DNA of 64,000 nucleotides from an uncultured Acidobacteriota bacterium (GTDB lineage Bacteria; Acidobacteriota; UBA6911; RPQK01; JAPXNP01): NCBI GenBank assembly GCA_963777605.1, contig CAVZRV010000027.1, positions 288,001 to 352,000 of the forward strand, read 5' to 3'. Shown piece by piece: positions 41,207 to 50,388 of this stretch (position 1 is its first letter; each line of letters starts with the position of its first letter). The notes under the pieces were generated by a model. It saw only the letters and a program-made list of their open reading frames with translations, ran no database searches and was not told where the DNA came from. The position numbers and the translations under genes were made by a program.

Positions 41207-43329
41207 GGGTCATCCCGGCCGCGCTGGCGGATCAACTCTTCGAACGCCTTTCGTCCACCGCCCGGATCTTGAGAGGAGCCGAGTCGTTGGCGGAAATGCG
41301 CGCCCCCCAGGTTGCTCGCGTGGTCTCTGTTGAGGGCGGTGCGGCACTCCTGCAACTGGGCGAACGGCAAGTCCTGGTCCGGGCACCCTGGCTGAAGCCG
41401 GGCGAAACCGTTCTGGCTAGACCCTTGAGTTCCTCGGACCCGACACCTTCGAGTATCGAAATCGTCCGCCTGGATTCCTTCGGGGCCGTCACACGGCCTC
41501 CTGAAAATCCCATTCAGGCACTTCCTGCGGTCCTCGACCAAGTCAGCGTCGGACGGCAGGCACAACTCGTCGCATCCGGTCCAACGCCGCAGCTAATGAG
41601 AACGGTGGAGACGCTGACCTGGGAGCGGTTATTCGAGTCGATCAACCCGGAAGCCCGCAAGCTACCTGATGCCTCCACGACGGCGACGGATCGAGAGTTC
41701 CTGCCTGACCGGGTTATCTGGTTTCGGAACGAGCTCACTTCCGGCAATCGGCAACCTGCACCGGAGAGCCCGCTACTCCTGTATGGGAAAGCTCCGCAGG
41801 GCCGGCCAGCCGCAACACCACCATCCTCCAGCCAGGAACCCGGACCAGAGCAAACTCTGCAGGCCGTCGTAATCCAGCGTCTCGGTGATGTGGTCGTGGT
41901 CCGGACTCCAGAAGGGCTTGGCGTCACCGCAGCGACGAGTGAGGACGCTCCGGCCGACAGCCCGTCGGCCCCAGTCTCCCAGAGAGCAGGAGCGCGCAAG
42001 GTTGCCGGCACTCAGCCGAACCTCCTCAACCGGGCCTCAGAGCCCATTGCGGGACCGGCAGTCAAAGACAATTCCGGCACAGAAGCTCTCGCCACCGCGG
42101 GGCTCGAAAAGGCCGTTCTGTTGACCAGCCGGCAACAAGTTTCAATATTCGCGACAAGCCGCGGTTTGGTCTTGGGCAAGCCTGCCCTGGAGGCTACTCC
42201 CGCTTCTGAGTGGATACTCGCCCGGGCCCCGGGCAACCAGGCTTCCCAGCCGGATGCCCCAATCCCGGCCAGACCGATCCTGGGAGCCGAAGAAATTCAC
42301 GCCTGGAGCGCAGCGCACCCGGGAAAACTTCTGGAGACCCGGGTCGCCGGTTGGGAGGAAGGCCATCTCTACCTGGAAACCGACCGAGCAATGCTGCGGG
42401 TCCAATCGGAGCGCCCCCTCAGGCCGGGGCGGACACTTCTCGTCCAGGTAAGGAACCAGGGCCCCGGAATCGAATTGCGACCGGTTGAACCGGTCCAGCA
42501 ACATCACCACCTGGTAGAGCGAATGGCCGGTTCGGGACCCGGTCACTGGACGGCAGCATCCCCGCCATTGCGCCAACTTGCGCGGCTTCTGGTCACCCTT
42601 CACGGGGTCCTGCCGGACTCCGCCAGAACCACGGAGAACCTGCAAGCGGTGGCCCCCGATGCACTCCTGGCAAAGGGCCGGGAGGGTGCCGAGCGACTGC
42701 TGCGTGATTCCGGCATCTGGTACGAAAGCAAACTTGCGTCGACCCCCACTCCCGAGGCGATGTCTCGAATCGCCCGCGAGGACCTCAAAGGCATGCTCTT
42801 GCGCCTCCTGGAGCCGCAGGTCAATCGCGATGGAGACGGTTCGAACGACCTCATCAGACGTTTGGTTGAGGGTCACCTGAATTCTATCGAGTCTCAGCAG
42901 GCAAGGGGCCTGGCGGCATCGTGGCGGGATTGGGGCTGGATTCTCGACCTGCCATGGAGCGGCAATTTGCCCGCTCGCCTATTTCTTGGTGAAGAACCGT
43001 CCGAAAGGAGGTCACGGGAAGAAAAAGCAGGCGGCCGGAGAATCCTCTTTCTTCTGGACCTCGAGAGCGCGGGCAACCTCCGAATCGATGCCCAGGTGGA
43101 ACCCGGACGTGTCGTGGCCAATGTTTTCGCGGAACAGAACGAATTTCGGGATTACCTTGCAGGGCAGATCGACCACCTGGAGAAGGCGCTTCGTGAAGCC
43201 GGCTACCCCCAGGCCAGAGTGAGAGTGCTGGCAACTTCGGACCAATCCCCGGAGTGCCGGGAGGACTTCGAGCAATTGGTACTGGGGCGGCCTCCGAAAG
43301 GACAGCAGGAACTGGACATGAGGGCATAG
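41203..43329 (+). CDS. FliK C-terminal (hook-length control-like) protein
   Basis: Pro/Ala-rich body; SGIWYESKL, DLKGML, SIESQQ, LDLESAGNLRIDA...LEKALREAGY. Confidence 0.7.
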   Translation: MRVIPAALADQLFERLSSTARILRGAESLAEMRAPQVARVVSVEGGAALLQLGERQVLVRAPWLKPGETVLARPLSSSDPTPSSIEIVRLDSFGAVTRPPENPIQALPAVLDQVSVGRQAQLVASGPTPQLMRTVETLTWERLFESINPEARKLPDASTTATDREFLPDRVIWFRNELTSGNRQPAPESPLLLYGKAPQGRPAATPPSSSQEPGPEQTLQAVVIQRLGDVVVVRTPEGLGVTAATSEDAPADSPSAPVSQRAGARKVAGTQPNLLNRASEPIAGPAVKDNSGTEALATAGLEKAVLLTSRQQVSIFATSRGLVLGKPALEATPASEWILARAPGNQASQPDAPIPARPILGAEEIHAWSAAHPGKLLETRVAGWEEGHLYLETDRAMLRVQSERPLRPGRTLLVQVRNQGPGIELRPVEPVQQHHHLVERMAGSGPGHWTAASPPLRQLARLLVTLHGVLPDSARTTENLQAVAPDALLAKGREGAERLLRDSGIWYESKLASTPTPEAMSRIAREDLKGMLLRLLEPQVNRDGDGSNDLIRRLVEGHLNSIESQQARGLAASWRDWGWILDLPWSGNLPARLFLGEEPSERRSREEKAGGRRILFLLDLESAGNLRIDAQVEPGRVVANVFAEQNEFRDYLAGQIDHLEKALREAGYPQARVRVLATSDQSPECREDFEQLVLGRPPKGQQELDMRA

Positions 43330-43333
43330 GGAG

Positions 43334-43789
43334 ATGGAATCCGATTCGTTGCGCAGGCGGCCGTCACGGGCCCGAAAAGGGAAGGCCGTCGCACTCCGCT
43401 ATCGACCTGACGAGCAGCAGTCGCCTGTCGTACTGGGCAAAGGGGAAGGAACCATCGCCGACCGCATCCTGGAGGTCGCCCAACTCCACGACATTCCGAT
43501 CCGGCAAGACCCGGACCTGGTCGAGGTCCTCTCCCAACTCGACCTCAACACCGAGATTCCGCGACACGTTTACCTGGCGGTCGCGGAGATTCTGAATTTT
43601 GTCTACCAGTCGAGCCGGGGCTACCGGCGGGAAATGGCCGAGAGCTACCTGCGCCTGGGCGATCAGCGCCAGGCCCAGGGTGACAACTCAGGCGCTTTGC
43701 GGAGTTGGCAGACAGCGCGGGACATTTTCCTGGACCTCGGAGAGCAGGAACTGGCCGGTCGAGCCGAGCTACGCATGAGAATAAGTTGA
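43334..43789 (+). CDS. FlhB C-terminal-like (EscU/YscU family, YlqH/FlhX type) protein with TPR-like extension
   Basis: KAVALRY, PVVLGKG, IPIRQDPDLVEVL, EIPRHVYLAVAEILNFVY. Confidence 0.85.
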   Translation: MESDSLRRRPSRARKGKAVALRYRPDEQQSPVVLGKGEGTIADRILEVAQLHDIPIRQDPDLVEVLSQLDLNTEIPRHVYLAVAEILNFVYQSSRGYRREMAESYLRLGDQRQAQGDNSGALRSWQTARDIFLDLGEQELAGRAELRMRIS

Positions 43790-43907
43790 CGGCATCACCC
43801 GGACAAGTTCACCTTCTGGTACAATTCTTTCGCTGCTCAATGTTGAACTACGGCTGTCCACTCCAAATTCGCTGAGCGATTGCCTCTCGAAAGGAACTCC
43901 TCAAAAG

Positions 43908-45869
43908 ATGAAAATCCTTCTCAGTTCGGTGTTTGGACCGTATGGTGTCGATGACGAGTATGGTCGCAAAGAGAACATCATGGAACTGTTCCACAATCAG
44001 GTCACGCGGGAGCAGGGACTTTTCTCGTTCCGGTTCCACCACAACAGTTTCGGCCTGAACCTGATCGCGGAGAACCTGACCGTCCCAACAACCGTTCTCG
44101 ACTTTCCGTCGCAGGAACGGTTCATCGAGGAAATCCGCAAAGGCTACGACTACATCGGCATCTCTTTCATCGTGCCGAATTTCGTGAAGGCCCGGCGAAT
44201 GGCGGAACTGATCCGTCAGCACGCACCGAACAGCAAGATCGTCCTCGGCGGCCATGGTGTCACTGTTCCGGACATCGAGAACCTGATTGAACACGACCAC
44301 ATCTGCAAGGGTGAAGGGGTGCGCTGGTTTCGGGCTCTGCTCGGAGAAGACCCCGAGAAGCCGATAAAGCATCCATCGTTGCCGTCTGCATTCGGACGCA
44401 GAGTTGCGGGGATTCCGTTGAAGAACATGGAGGCCGCAGTCCTGATCCCCGGAGTCGGTTGCCCCAACGCCTGCCGGTTCTGCTGCACCAGCCATTTCTT
44501 CGACAAGAGCTACACGCCATACCTGGAAACGGGTGACGACCTGTTCCGGGCCTGCCGCGACATCGAAGAGAACCTTGGCAGCACGGAGTTCTTCGTCATG
44601 GACGAGAACTTCCTCAAGCGCCCGGAGCGCGCGCGCCGGTTCATGCAACTCATGGAGGAGAACAACAAGTTCTACCGCTTCGGCATTTTCTCGTCAGCGG
44701 AGACGATTGCCGACGTCGGAGTCGAGTTCATGGCACGCCTCGGTGTCTACTTCGTCTGGCTGGGCGTCGAGTCGAAAAAGGAGATCTACAACAAGAACCG
44801 CGGCATCGATCACAAGGCGATGATTCAGGAACTGAGGGACCACGGTATCAGCGTGCTTGCGTCTGGGATCCTCTTCCTCGAGGAGCACGACAAGACGACG
44901 ATCTGGGACGATATCAAGTTCATTGTCGACCTGGGGTCCGACCTGGTTCAGTTCATGCAGCTTGGTCCCCTGCCCGGGACGAAGCTCTACCATGACTACG
45001 ACGAGAAGGGGCTGCTTCGAAAGGACCTGGCTTACGAAGAGTGGCACGGTCAGCACCAGATCTGGTTCCGGCATCCCAGCTTCACGGCAGAGGAATCGGA
45101 GGATTACCTGCGGCAGGCGTTCCGCTACGATTACGACAACCAGGGCTCTTCCCTGCTCCGGATGTGCCAGACCATTATCAGGGGATACAAGACACTCGGC
45201 CGTTACCAGGATCCCTACATGGTCAGGCGCAGAGAAATGCTCCGAAACATGGCCACTGAATATCGTCAGGTGATCAGGGTTCTCAAGAGGTACGCCCACA
45301 ATGACAGGGCTCGCGAACTGGCTGAAGCACTGAATGCCGAGTACGAGGCTCAACTGGGCCCGATGCCGCTCACGCAGAAGGCCATGTCGCTGATGGCCCT
45401 GCCGTACGCCGCCATGGAGATCCGGCGGATCCGTAACGGGAAATCGATGTACCAGCCCGCCACCCGGACGACTCATTACCGCATGTCGCTGGTTGACCTT
45501 GCGGCCCAGAGCATCAGGGGAAGGAACAGTTCGAACCTGCTCAGCACTGAAATCAAATGGGTCGAGTCCCCGGTCCACGTCGAAGTCGGTGGTGTCATGG
45601 ATGGAGTGAATGCGACCAGTCTGGCCCAGCGGCTCACCGCCTACCTGAGCCGTGAAGACGGGGACTTGACGATCAACCTGAACCTCCTGGTTCACATCGA
45701 AGACGGGGCGCTGAACGGGCTTCTGATGACGATCAGCAACTACCGCGACAGGGTGAAGCTGGTGTTCGAAGAGGGCGCCGAAGCAGTCAAAGAGTCCCTG
45801 GAGAACCTCCCGGCTGAGCTGCGGCTCCTCCTGGTAGACACCTCGCCAGGCACCCAGACCCCCGGCTAG
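43908..45869 (+). CDS. Cobalamin-binding radical SAM protein with C-terminal STAS-like domain
   Basis: IGISF, IVLGGHG, GEG; CPNACRFC; MDENF; LGVES; PLPGT; C-terminal VGGVMDGVNA..LTINLNLLVHIED. Confidence 0.85.
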   Translation: MKILLSSVFGPYGVDDEYGRKENIMELFHNQVTREQGLFSFRFHHNSFGLNLIAENLTVPTTVLDFPSQERFIEEIRKGYDYIGISFIVPNFVKARRMAELIRQHAPNSKIVLGGHGVTVPDIENLIEHDHICKGEGVRWFRALLGEDPEKPIKHPSLPSAFGRRVAGIPLKNMEAAVLIPGVGCPNACRFCCTSHFFDKSYTPYLETGDDLFRACRDIEENLGSTEFFVMDENFLKRPERARRFMQLMEENNKFYRFGIFSSAETIADVGVEFMARLGVYFVWLGVESKKEIYNKNRGIDHKAMIQELRDHGISVLASGILFLEEHDKTTIWDDIKFIVDLGSDLVQFMQLGPLPGTKLYHDYDEKGLLRKDLAYEEWHGQHQIWFRHPSFTAEESEDYLRQAFRYDYDNQGSSLLRMCQTIIRGYKTLGRYQDPYMVRRREMLRNMATEYRQVIRVLKRYAHNDRARELAEALNAEYEAQLGPMPLTQKAMSLMALPYAAMEIRRIRNGKSMYQPATRTTHYRMSLVDLAAQSIRGRNSSNLLSTEIKWVESPVHVEVGGVMDGVNATSLAQRLTAYLSREDGDLTINLNLLVHIEDGALNGLLMTISNYRDRVKLVFEEGAEAVKESLENLPAELRLLLVDTSPGTQTPG

Positions 45870-46063
45870 ATCGATGGCAGGCACGTGTTGGGGAGCCTGA
45901 AAGTCATACCCTCTGTTGGACTTTTTATCGGGCGTTGATGGGACTTTTCCGTTGCGAGTCCTTTCGGGACTTCACGGACTTGACGTCAAGCTGTTGCGAA
46001 ATAAAGACATCCCCTCAAGTGCCTGAAGCTGGAACGGGAACTGCTCTGAGAAGTGTTCCGATT

Positions 46064-46336
46064 ATGAACTTCTCAGCACCCCGATCTACGCAACAATCCG
46101 CCGGCGGGCCCAGTGGACCGACCGGCCTTCTCCAGATCTACCTGTCCAGTTCCCGAAAGGAGCGGACTCAGAGGTTCATCGACACCCGGGCCGCGGCTGA
46201 ACTCACCGGCCTGTCCCGCAGAACCATTCAGTGGTGGATCGAGACAGGCCTGATCGAGGCCGTCCGAATTGGGCGTCGCTACCAGATCGACCGGAGGTCT
46301 CTATTGACGCACCTCAGTGCAGTCTCGAGTTGCTGA
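46064..46336 (+). CDS. Excisionase-family (HTH_17) DNA-binding protein
   Basis: FIDTRAAAELTGLSRRTIQWWIETGLIEAVRIGRRYQIDRRSL. Confidence 0.8.
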   Translation: MNFSAPRSTQQSAGGPSGPTGLLQIYLSSSRKERTQRFIDTRAAAELTGLSRRTIQWWIETGLIEAVRIGRRYQIDRRSLLTHLSAVSSC

Positions 46337-46444
46337 GGTCGGAAGCACCCCTCCAGGCCGGAAGGGCTCCCCGATGCAGCAGTCACTCTCCTTCCGGGAA
46401 CGGTGTGGTAATTTCGTGCGCTGAAACCCTCCAAAGTTGAGGGG

Positions 46445-47170
46445 TCATTCAAATCGCGAGAGGTTTGCGGTAGCCCTGTCCAGAAGAAAGAGAGTGATCA
46501 TCGGCGAAGCGATCAAGACAATCGATGCACACAGCAGCGGAAGCAGAGTCGGGCCTGTTGATGATGACTGCGATCCGAGGAAGTTCACGGCTACCGCGAG
46601 GAGAATGCCACACCCGAATTGGATCCCTATCCAGAAGGCGTCGCGACCCGGACTCCTCTCGGGGCGTATCACCGCCCAGAACTGGAAGGCAATCAAGGGC
46701 ACGATGACGTAGAGGTTGGAGACAACCGCGAGGATACTGAACAGTCCCCTCCCCATCCAGGGCAATTCCGGAGCCGCTCCGGCCATCCCCAGTACCAGGG
46801 AAGGGCTCCCCGCTATCAACAGCACTGCCGACGACGAGATCCCCCACAGCGAATATCCGAGGATGATTTCGAAGGGATGTCGTGAGAGCAGGCGAAGCCA
46901 GGACAGACTCCCGCCGTCCCTGGCCTGAAGAGTACCGAGAAAGACCATCAGCAGGCTTGCGGGGAGCGCCGCCTCAAACCCGAGACTCTGGATCCGAGCC
47001 GAAATCAGGGGGTCTCCGAAATCAGGGATCAGCCCGGACAAAGGTATCCACAAAAGTTCGATGCTCGCAGCCACCAGGAGCGGGGTCCGCAACGACCTGA
47101 ACTGGACCCAGGCAATTCTCCTGGAACGCTCCCACCATCCAGTTCGAATGCCTCTCGGCAAGATGTCCAT
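46445..47170 (-). CDS. Multi-TM membrane protein, probable ABC-2-type permease
   Basis: About 6 hydrophobic helices; SLSWLRLLSRHP motif shared with neighbour; tight operon spacing. Confidence 0.55.
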   Translation of the reverse strand: MDILPRGIRTGWWERSRRIAWVQFRSLRTPLLVAASIELLWIPLSGLIPDFGDPLISARIQSLGFEAALPASLLMVFLGTLQARDGGSLSWLRLLSRHPFEIILGYSLWGISSSAVLLIAGSPSLVLGMAGAAPELPWMGRGLFSILAVVSNLYVIVPLIAFQFWAVIRPERSPGRDAFWIGIQFGCGILLAVAVNFLGSQSSSTGPTLLPLLCASIVLIASPMITLFLLDRATANLSRFE

Positions 47171-47173
47171 GAC

Positions 47174-47851
47174 TCAGGCCCCGTCTCTCGTGAAGCGGGC
47201 TCCCAATTCGACGGCGAGAACGGCAAAGCCCAGGCCGGCTGCACCCGCCAGTATGACTGCCCCGAATGCCTCGCCGGGCGAAAGCGTCGGGATCTCCAAC
47301 GACAGGGCGCCATTTGCCTCTCCCAGCATCAGGGCGGCACTCGCAAACATCTCGATCGAGCAAAGCCCCAGGATCACCGCCAGGTAACCACGCCTCACCG
47401 CAACTACCAGGACAAAAACCACGCAGCCCAGGATCCACCCTGCTGCCGTCATGACAAACCAGACGGCAATGCGGAGCGAGGATCCGCCAATCGTGTCATG
47501 AACCAGCCAGCCCGGAAGAAGAGCCAGGCTGAAGAGCCCGTAGAAGAGGAATGAGACCAGCAGCTTTGCCGACACGAGGGCGCGAGGATGGGGCGACAGC
47601 AGCCGCAGCCAGTTCCAGGTCTTCCTTGTCTTTTCCCGGAAGATCACCAGTGTCGGGAAGACCACCCCCGCCAGGACACAAAGCGACGCCGTCACGGCCA
47701 GAAGGAGCGGATCGGCAGTGTCGCCAAAGAACACCAGGGCGAGGCATCCCCCGACCGCCAGCAAAGCCACGGGCAGTAGCGGGAGCCCCAGTTCGACCAG
47801 GTCCTTTCTCAATATCCTCAGCACCGATCGCACCATGGTCATCCCCACCAT
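47174..47851 (-). CDS. ABC-2-type permease
   Basis: ILRKDL; REKTRKTWNWLRLLSPHPRALVSAK motif; 6 TMs. Confidence 0.75.
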   Translation of the reverse strand: MVGMTMVRSVLRILRKDLVELGLPLLPVALLAVGGCLALVFFGDTADPLLLAVTASLCVLAGVVFPTLVIFREKTRKTWNWLRLLSPHPRALVSAKLLVSFLFYGLFSLALLPGWLVHDTIGGSSLRIAVWFVMTAAGWILGCVVFVLVVAVRRGYLAVILGLCSIEMFASAALMLGEANGALSLEIPTLSPGEAFGAVILAGAAGLGFAVLAVELGARFTRDGA

Positions 47852-48538
47852 CTACTGGTCGGCCGGATAATGACTCCAGAACCAGTCGGCAATCCCGTCC
47901 TCACCCACTTCGGCGGCCGGAGTGTCCCCAACGATCCGCCCTCTCTTGATCAGCACATAACGGGAGGATAAAGGGGTCAGGTCCTCGAACACGTGACTCG
48001 ACACGATCACTGCGCAGGAGGAGCGCTCCCGATGGTCCGAGACAGCCGCTGAGAATTCCCGCTTGGCCACCGGGTCCAGTCCTGCTGTCGGCTCGTCCAG
48101 CAGAAGCAGAGGTGGGTCATGGGCCAGCGCGCAGATGAGTCCCAGCTTGATCTGGTTGCCCCGCGACAACTCCGCGTATTTCAAGCTGAGCCTCAGTTCG
48201 AGCCGTTGCGCAAGGGCGACGGCGTAACCACGGTCCCACCCGGAGTAGAAGCCGGCCACGAATTCGAGCACGTCATAGCCCTTCATCCAGTCGTAGATAT
48301 CGAGCCGATGCGGAAGATATCCCACCCTGCCGCCGCTTTCACCCAAACGACGTTTCAGTTCCCCGCCCGTCGGGCTCCGGAGTCCGGCCGCCATCTCCAG
48401 AAGCGTGGTCTTGCCGGCTCCATTTTCACCGAGTAACCCCACGACCTCGCCATCTCCAACCGACAGATTGAACGGACCGACACGGATACCGTTGGGGTAG
48501 GTCTTTTCCAGTTCAAGACACTTGAGAATGGTCGTCAT
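47852..48538 (-). CDS. ABC transporter ATP-binding protein
   Basis: Walker A GENGAGKTT; LSRGNQ; Walker B LLLLDEP; SSH. Confidence 0.95.
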   Translation of the reverse strand: MTTILKCLELEKTYPNGIRVGPFNLSVGDGEVVGLLGENGAGKTTLLEMAAGLRSPTGGELKRRLGESGGRVGYLPHRLDIYDWMKGYDVLEFVAGFYSGWDRGYAVALAQRLELRLSLKYAELSRGNQIKLGLICALAHDPPLLLLDEPTAGLDPVAKREFSAAVSDHRERSSCAVIVSSHVFEDLTPLSSRYVLIKRGRIVGDTPAAEVGEDGIADWFWSHYPADQ

Positions 48539-48550
48539 CCCAAATCCCTC

Positions 48551-49180
48551 TCAAAATCCGCCGATCCTTACGACTACCTCATACGCCAGGTAGGGACCGG
48601 CAACACAGACCACTGACCGCCGCCAGCGAATGTTCAGGACGGCAGAAGCTGCCCCTGAAGCGAGCACCAAGTACCAGATCTTTGCGGCGACATGAAAGAG
48701 CCCAACCGTCTGGAGGACCCAACTGTGCTCCATCGCGGCGGCAACCGCTCCGGGGTCGAGGGCTTGCCCGGAATCCAGCCCGTCGGGAGGATTCAATGCC
48801 AGCAGAACAAAGCCTGCAGCACCCGCCAGAACGAACGGAAGGTAGGCATACCCAATCAACTCGACCAGCTTCCGGAAACGGATTTCCGCATTCCAGAAGA
48901 GAATCGCCGCGGTACCGATGACCCCGGCAATCAGCGGCCACGTCAGTACGTACACAACCAGGAACAGGAGACTCTGCACCAACCCGAAGCGCTCGAGAAA
49001 CTCCTGCATAGCTTCCGGAAGATTTGACGAGAAGGCGCGTGAAACCAGGTTGACCGAACCGGAGGCCAGACCGCCTGCGACGACTACCAACGCCGCAGGA
49101 ATGGTCCACTCGAACGGGCGGGTGACTCGGGACCGAAAGAAGCCGTTCGGATCGATTAGAAAGGAGAGGGCGTCCGACAT
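48551..49180 (-). CDS. Yip1-family membrane protein
   Basis: GGAGG RBS before ATG 49180; LIDPNGFF, W.LIAG, FRKLVELIGYAYLP; 5 TMs. Confidence 0.8.
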   Translation of the reverse strand: MSDALSFLIDPNGFFRSRVTRPFEWTIPAALVVVAGGLASGSVNLVSRAFSSNLPEAMQEFLERFGLVQSLLFLVVYVLTWPLIAGVIGTAAILFWNAEIRFRKLVELIGYAYLPFVLAGAAGFVLLALNPPDGLDSGQALDPGAVAAAMEHSWVLQTVGLFHVAAKIWYLVLASGAASAVLNIRWRRSVVCVAGPYLAYEVVVRIGGF

Positions 49181-49728
49181 AGTTCCTCCACGATGATCCC
49201 AATCGTGACTTCGGCTTCGATGAACGCGGCCAACACCGTCAACCCCATTGCCAAGCCGAAGGCCACCGGGAGAACCCTCAGGGCTCCAGGTTGAAAGAAC
49301 GCTCCGCCGCCAAGAAAGGTGCCGGTGAAACGGGGGCCGAGAAAGCCGATCCCCGCCGCCAGCCAGAGCCCGCCCAGTTCCATGGAATGCGGCGCCGAAG
49401 CCCAGAAGATTTGCAACGGTTCCAATCCACCCTGCCAGGCCGCGCCGGCCACCGCCCCAAAAACAAATCCAGACCCGGCCACCGTCATGAAAGTTGTAAT
49501 CCCAAAAGTAAAAAGCCCCAGAGCGGCAAGAAGCACCACCAGTGAGTTGACCTTGAGAATGGCCAAGAAAGAAGGGGCAATGATCAAGGGAAGAAGCGGC
49601 GAGGTGGTCGGGATCGAGTCCTTCGGGAAATGGGAGGTTATCAGGATTCCGCAAGAGCAAGCTGACATCCACAAGAGCAAAGCCCACAAGAATCCATTAC
49701 CCAAACTCCGATTAAGGACACACCTCAT
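49156..49728 (-). CDS. SpoIIM / DUF95 membrane protein
   Basis: FLAILKVN, SGFVFG, APHSMEL, LAAFIEAEVT match the IxxN...G...PHxxE...AAxIE pattern. Confidence 0.85.
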   Translation of the reverse strand: MRCVLNRSLGNGFLWALLLWMSACSCGILITSHFPKDSIPTTSPLLPLIIAPSFLAILKVNSLVVLLAALGLFTFGITTFMTVAGSGFVFGAVAGAAWQGGLEPLQIFWASAPHSMELGGLWLAAGIGFLGPRFTGTFLGGGAFFQPGALRVLPVAFGLAMGLTVLAAFIEAEVTIGIIVEELCRTPSPF

Positions 49729-49788
49729 TTCCGGCCCCCGCAACGGCACGGGTTTTCTCCGAAGCCGCCCGGAACTCCCTTCTGTCCA

Positions 49789-50214
49789 TCACCACTCACT
49801 GCAGGTCCCGTCTGAACTTGCCCCTGGCGTAGCCACGTACTTTCGGAGCCTGGTCTGTGTGTCACGAATCATGAAGTAGCAACCCATAATCACTCCAGCG
49901 GCAAACAGGTGTGCGAGCGCAAGTATTCCGAAGTAGCGATCGACATCATAGGTTGATCGAATCACCAGCCCTCCGAGACCGGTCAAGGTCACGGCAAACA
50001 GAACCACCAAGACAAGGACGGCGATTCTCCTCCCAAGGCTGATACATTTCGCGCCAGCAATGAAAGCGACTGAAAGGGTAAGAACGATGCCTGCGTCAGT
50101 AATGACGGTACCTGCGAACCAAGCCAGATCGTCAATGTTCCTCAAAACAAGGAGGTACACTTGGGCTACAAAGACTGTTGCGGCAATCGACAGTAACAAC
50201 ACTCCCCATTTCAT
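49789..50214 (-). CDS. 4-TM membrane protein, candidate immunity protein
   Basis: GAAGGAG RBS; four hydrophobic helices; visibly AT-richer than flanks; directly after the peptide gene. Confidence 0.6.
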   Translation of the reverse strand: MKWGVLLLSIAATVFVAQVYLLVLRNIDDLAWFAGTVITDAGIVLTLSVAFIAGAKCISLGRRIAVLVLVVLFAVTLTGLGGLVIRSTYDVDRYFGILALAHLFAAGVIMGCYFMIRDTQTRLRKYVATPGASSDGTCSEW

Positions 50215-50321
50215 AATCACTTCTCCTTCATTCTCGCCCGAAGTAGGAGTGCAAAAACTCCGGACTCAAAAGAGCTCCGTGCGTATCAGCCTCAGCACTA
50301 GTCCATTCATTTGAGATCAGC

Positions 50322-50354
50322 GGACGCGGCAATTGGGGATGGACTACCGCGTCC
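50322..50354 (-). terminator. Stem-loop after the peptide gene (partial terminator or mRNA stabiliser)
   Basis: GGACGCGGUAGU/AUUGCCGCGUCC 12-bp stem; G-U pairs work only on the minus strand; no U-tract. Confidence 0.6.
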
Positions 50355-50388
50355 TGGTTGAAAAAGAACAAGATAGTGGACCGGTGAT

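Noticed and set aside
43908-45869. Radical SAM as sactipeptide or methylating maturase of the Cys-containing peptide
   Set aside because: Opposite strand, own promoter, no SPASM cysteines or RRE seen; proximity alone is insufficient
46064-46336. Prophage or ICE marked by an excisionase
   Set aside because: No integrase, tRNA/att site, phage or conjugation genes seen
48551-49687. 378-aa ORF-track product
   Set aside because: Its N-terminal part is an alternative frame of the SpoIIM gene; the real Yip1 start is ATG 49180 with a GGAGG RBS
50266-50310. 14-aa ORF MNGLVLRLIRTELF in frame with the 4-TM gene (possible TGA readthrough)
   Set aside because: No RBS; the downstream gene has its own GAAGGAG RBS; likely chance
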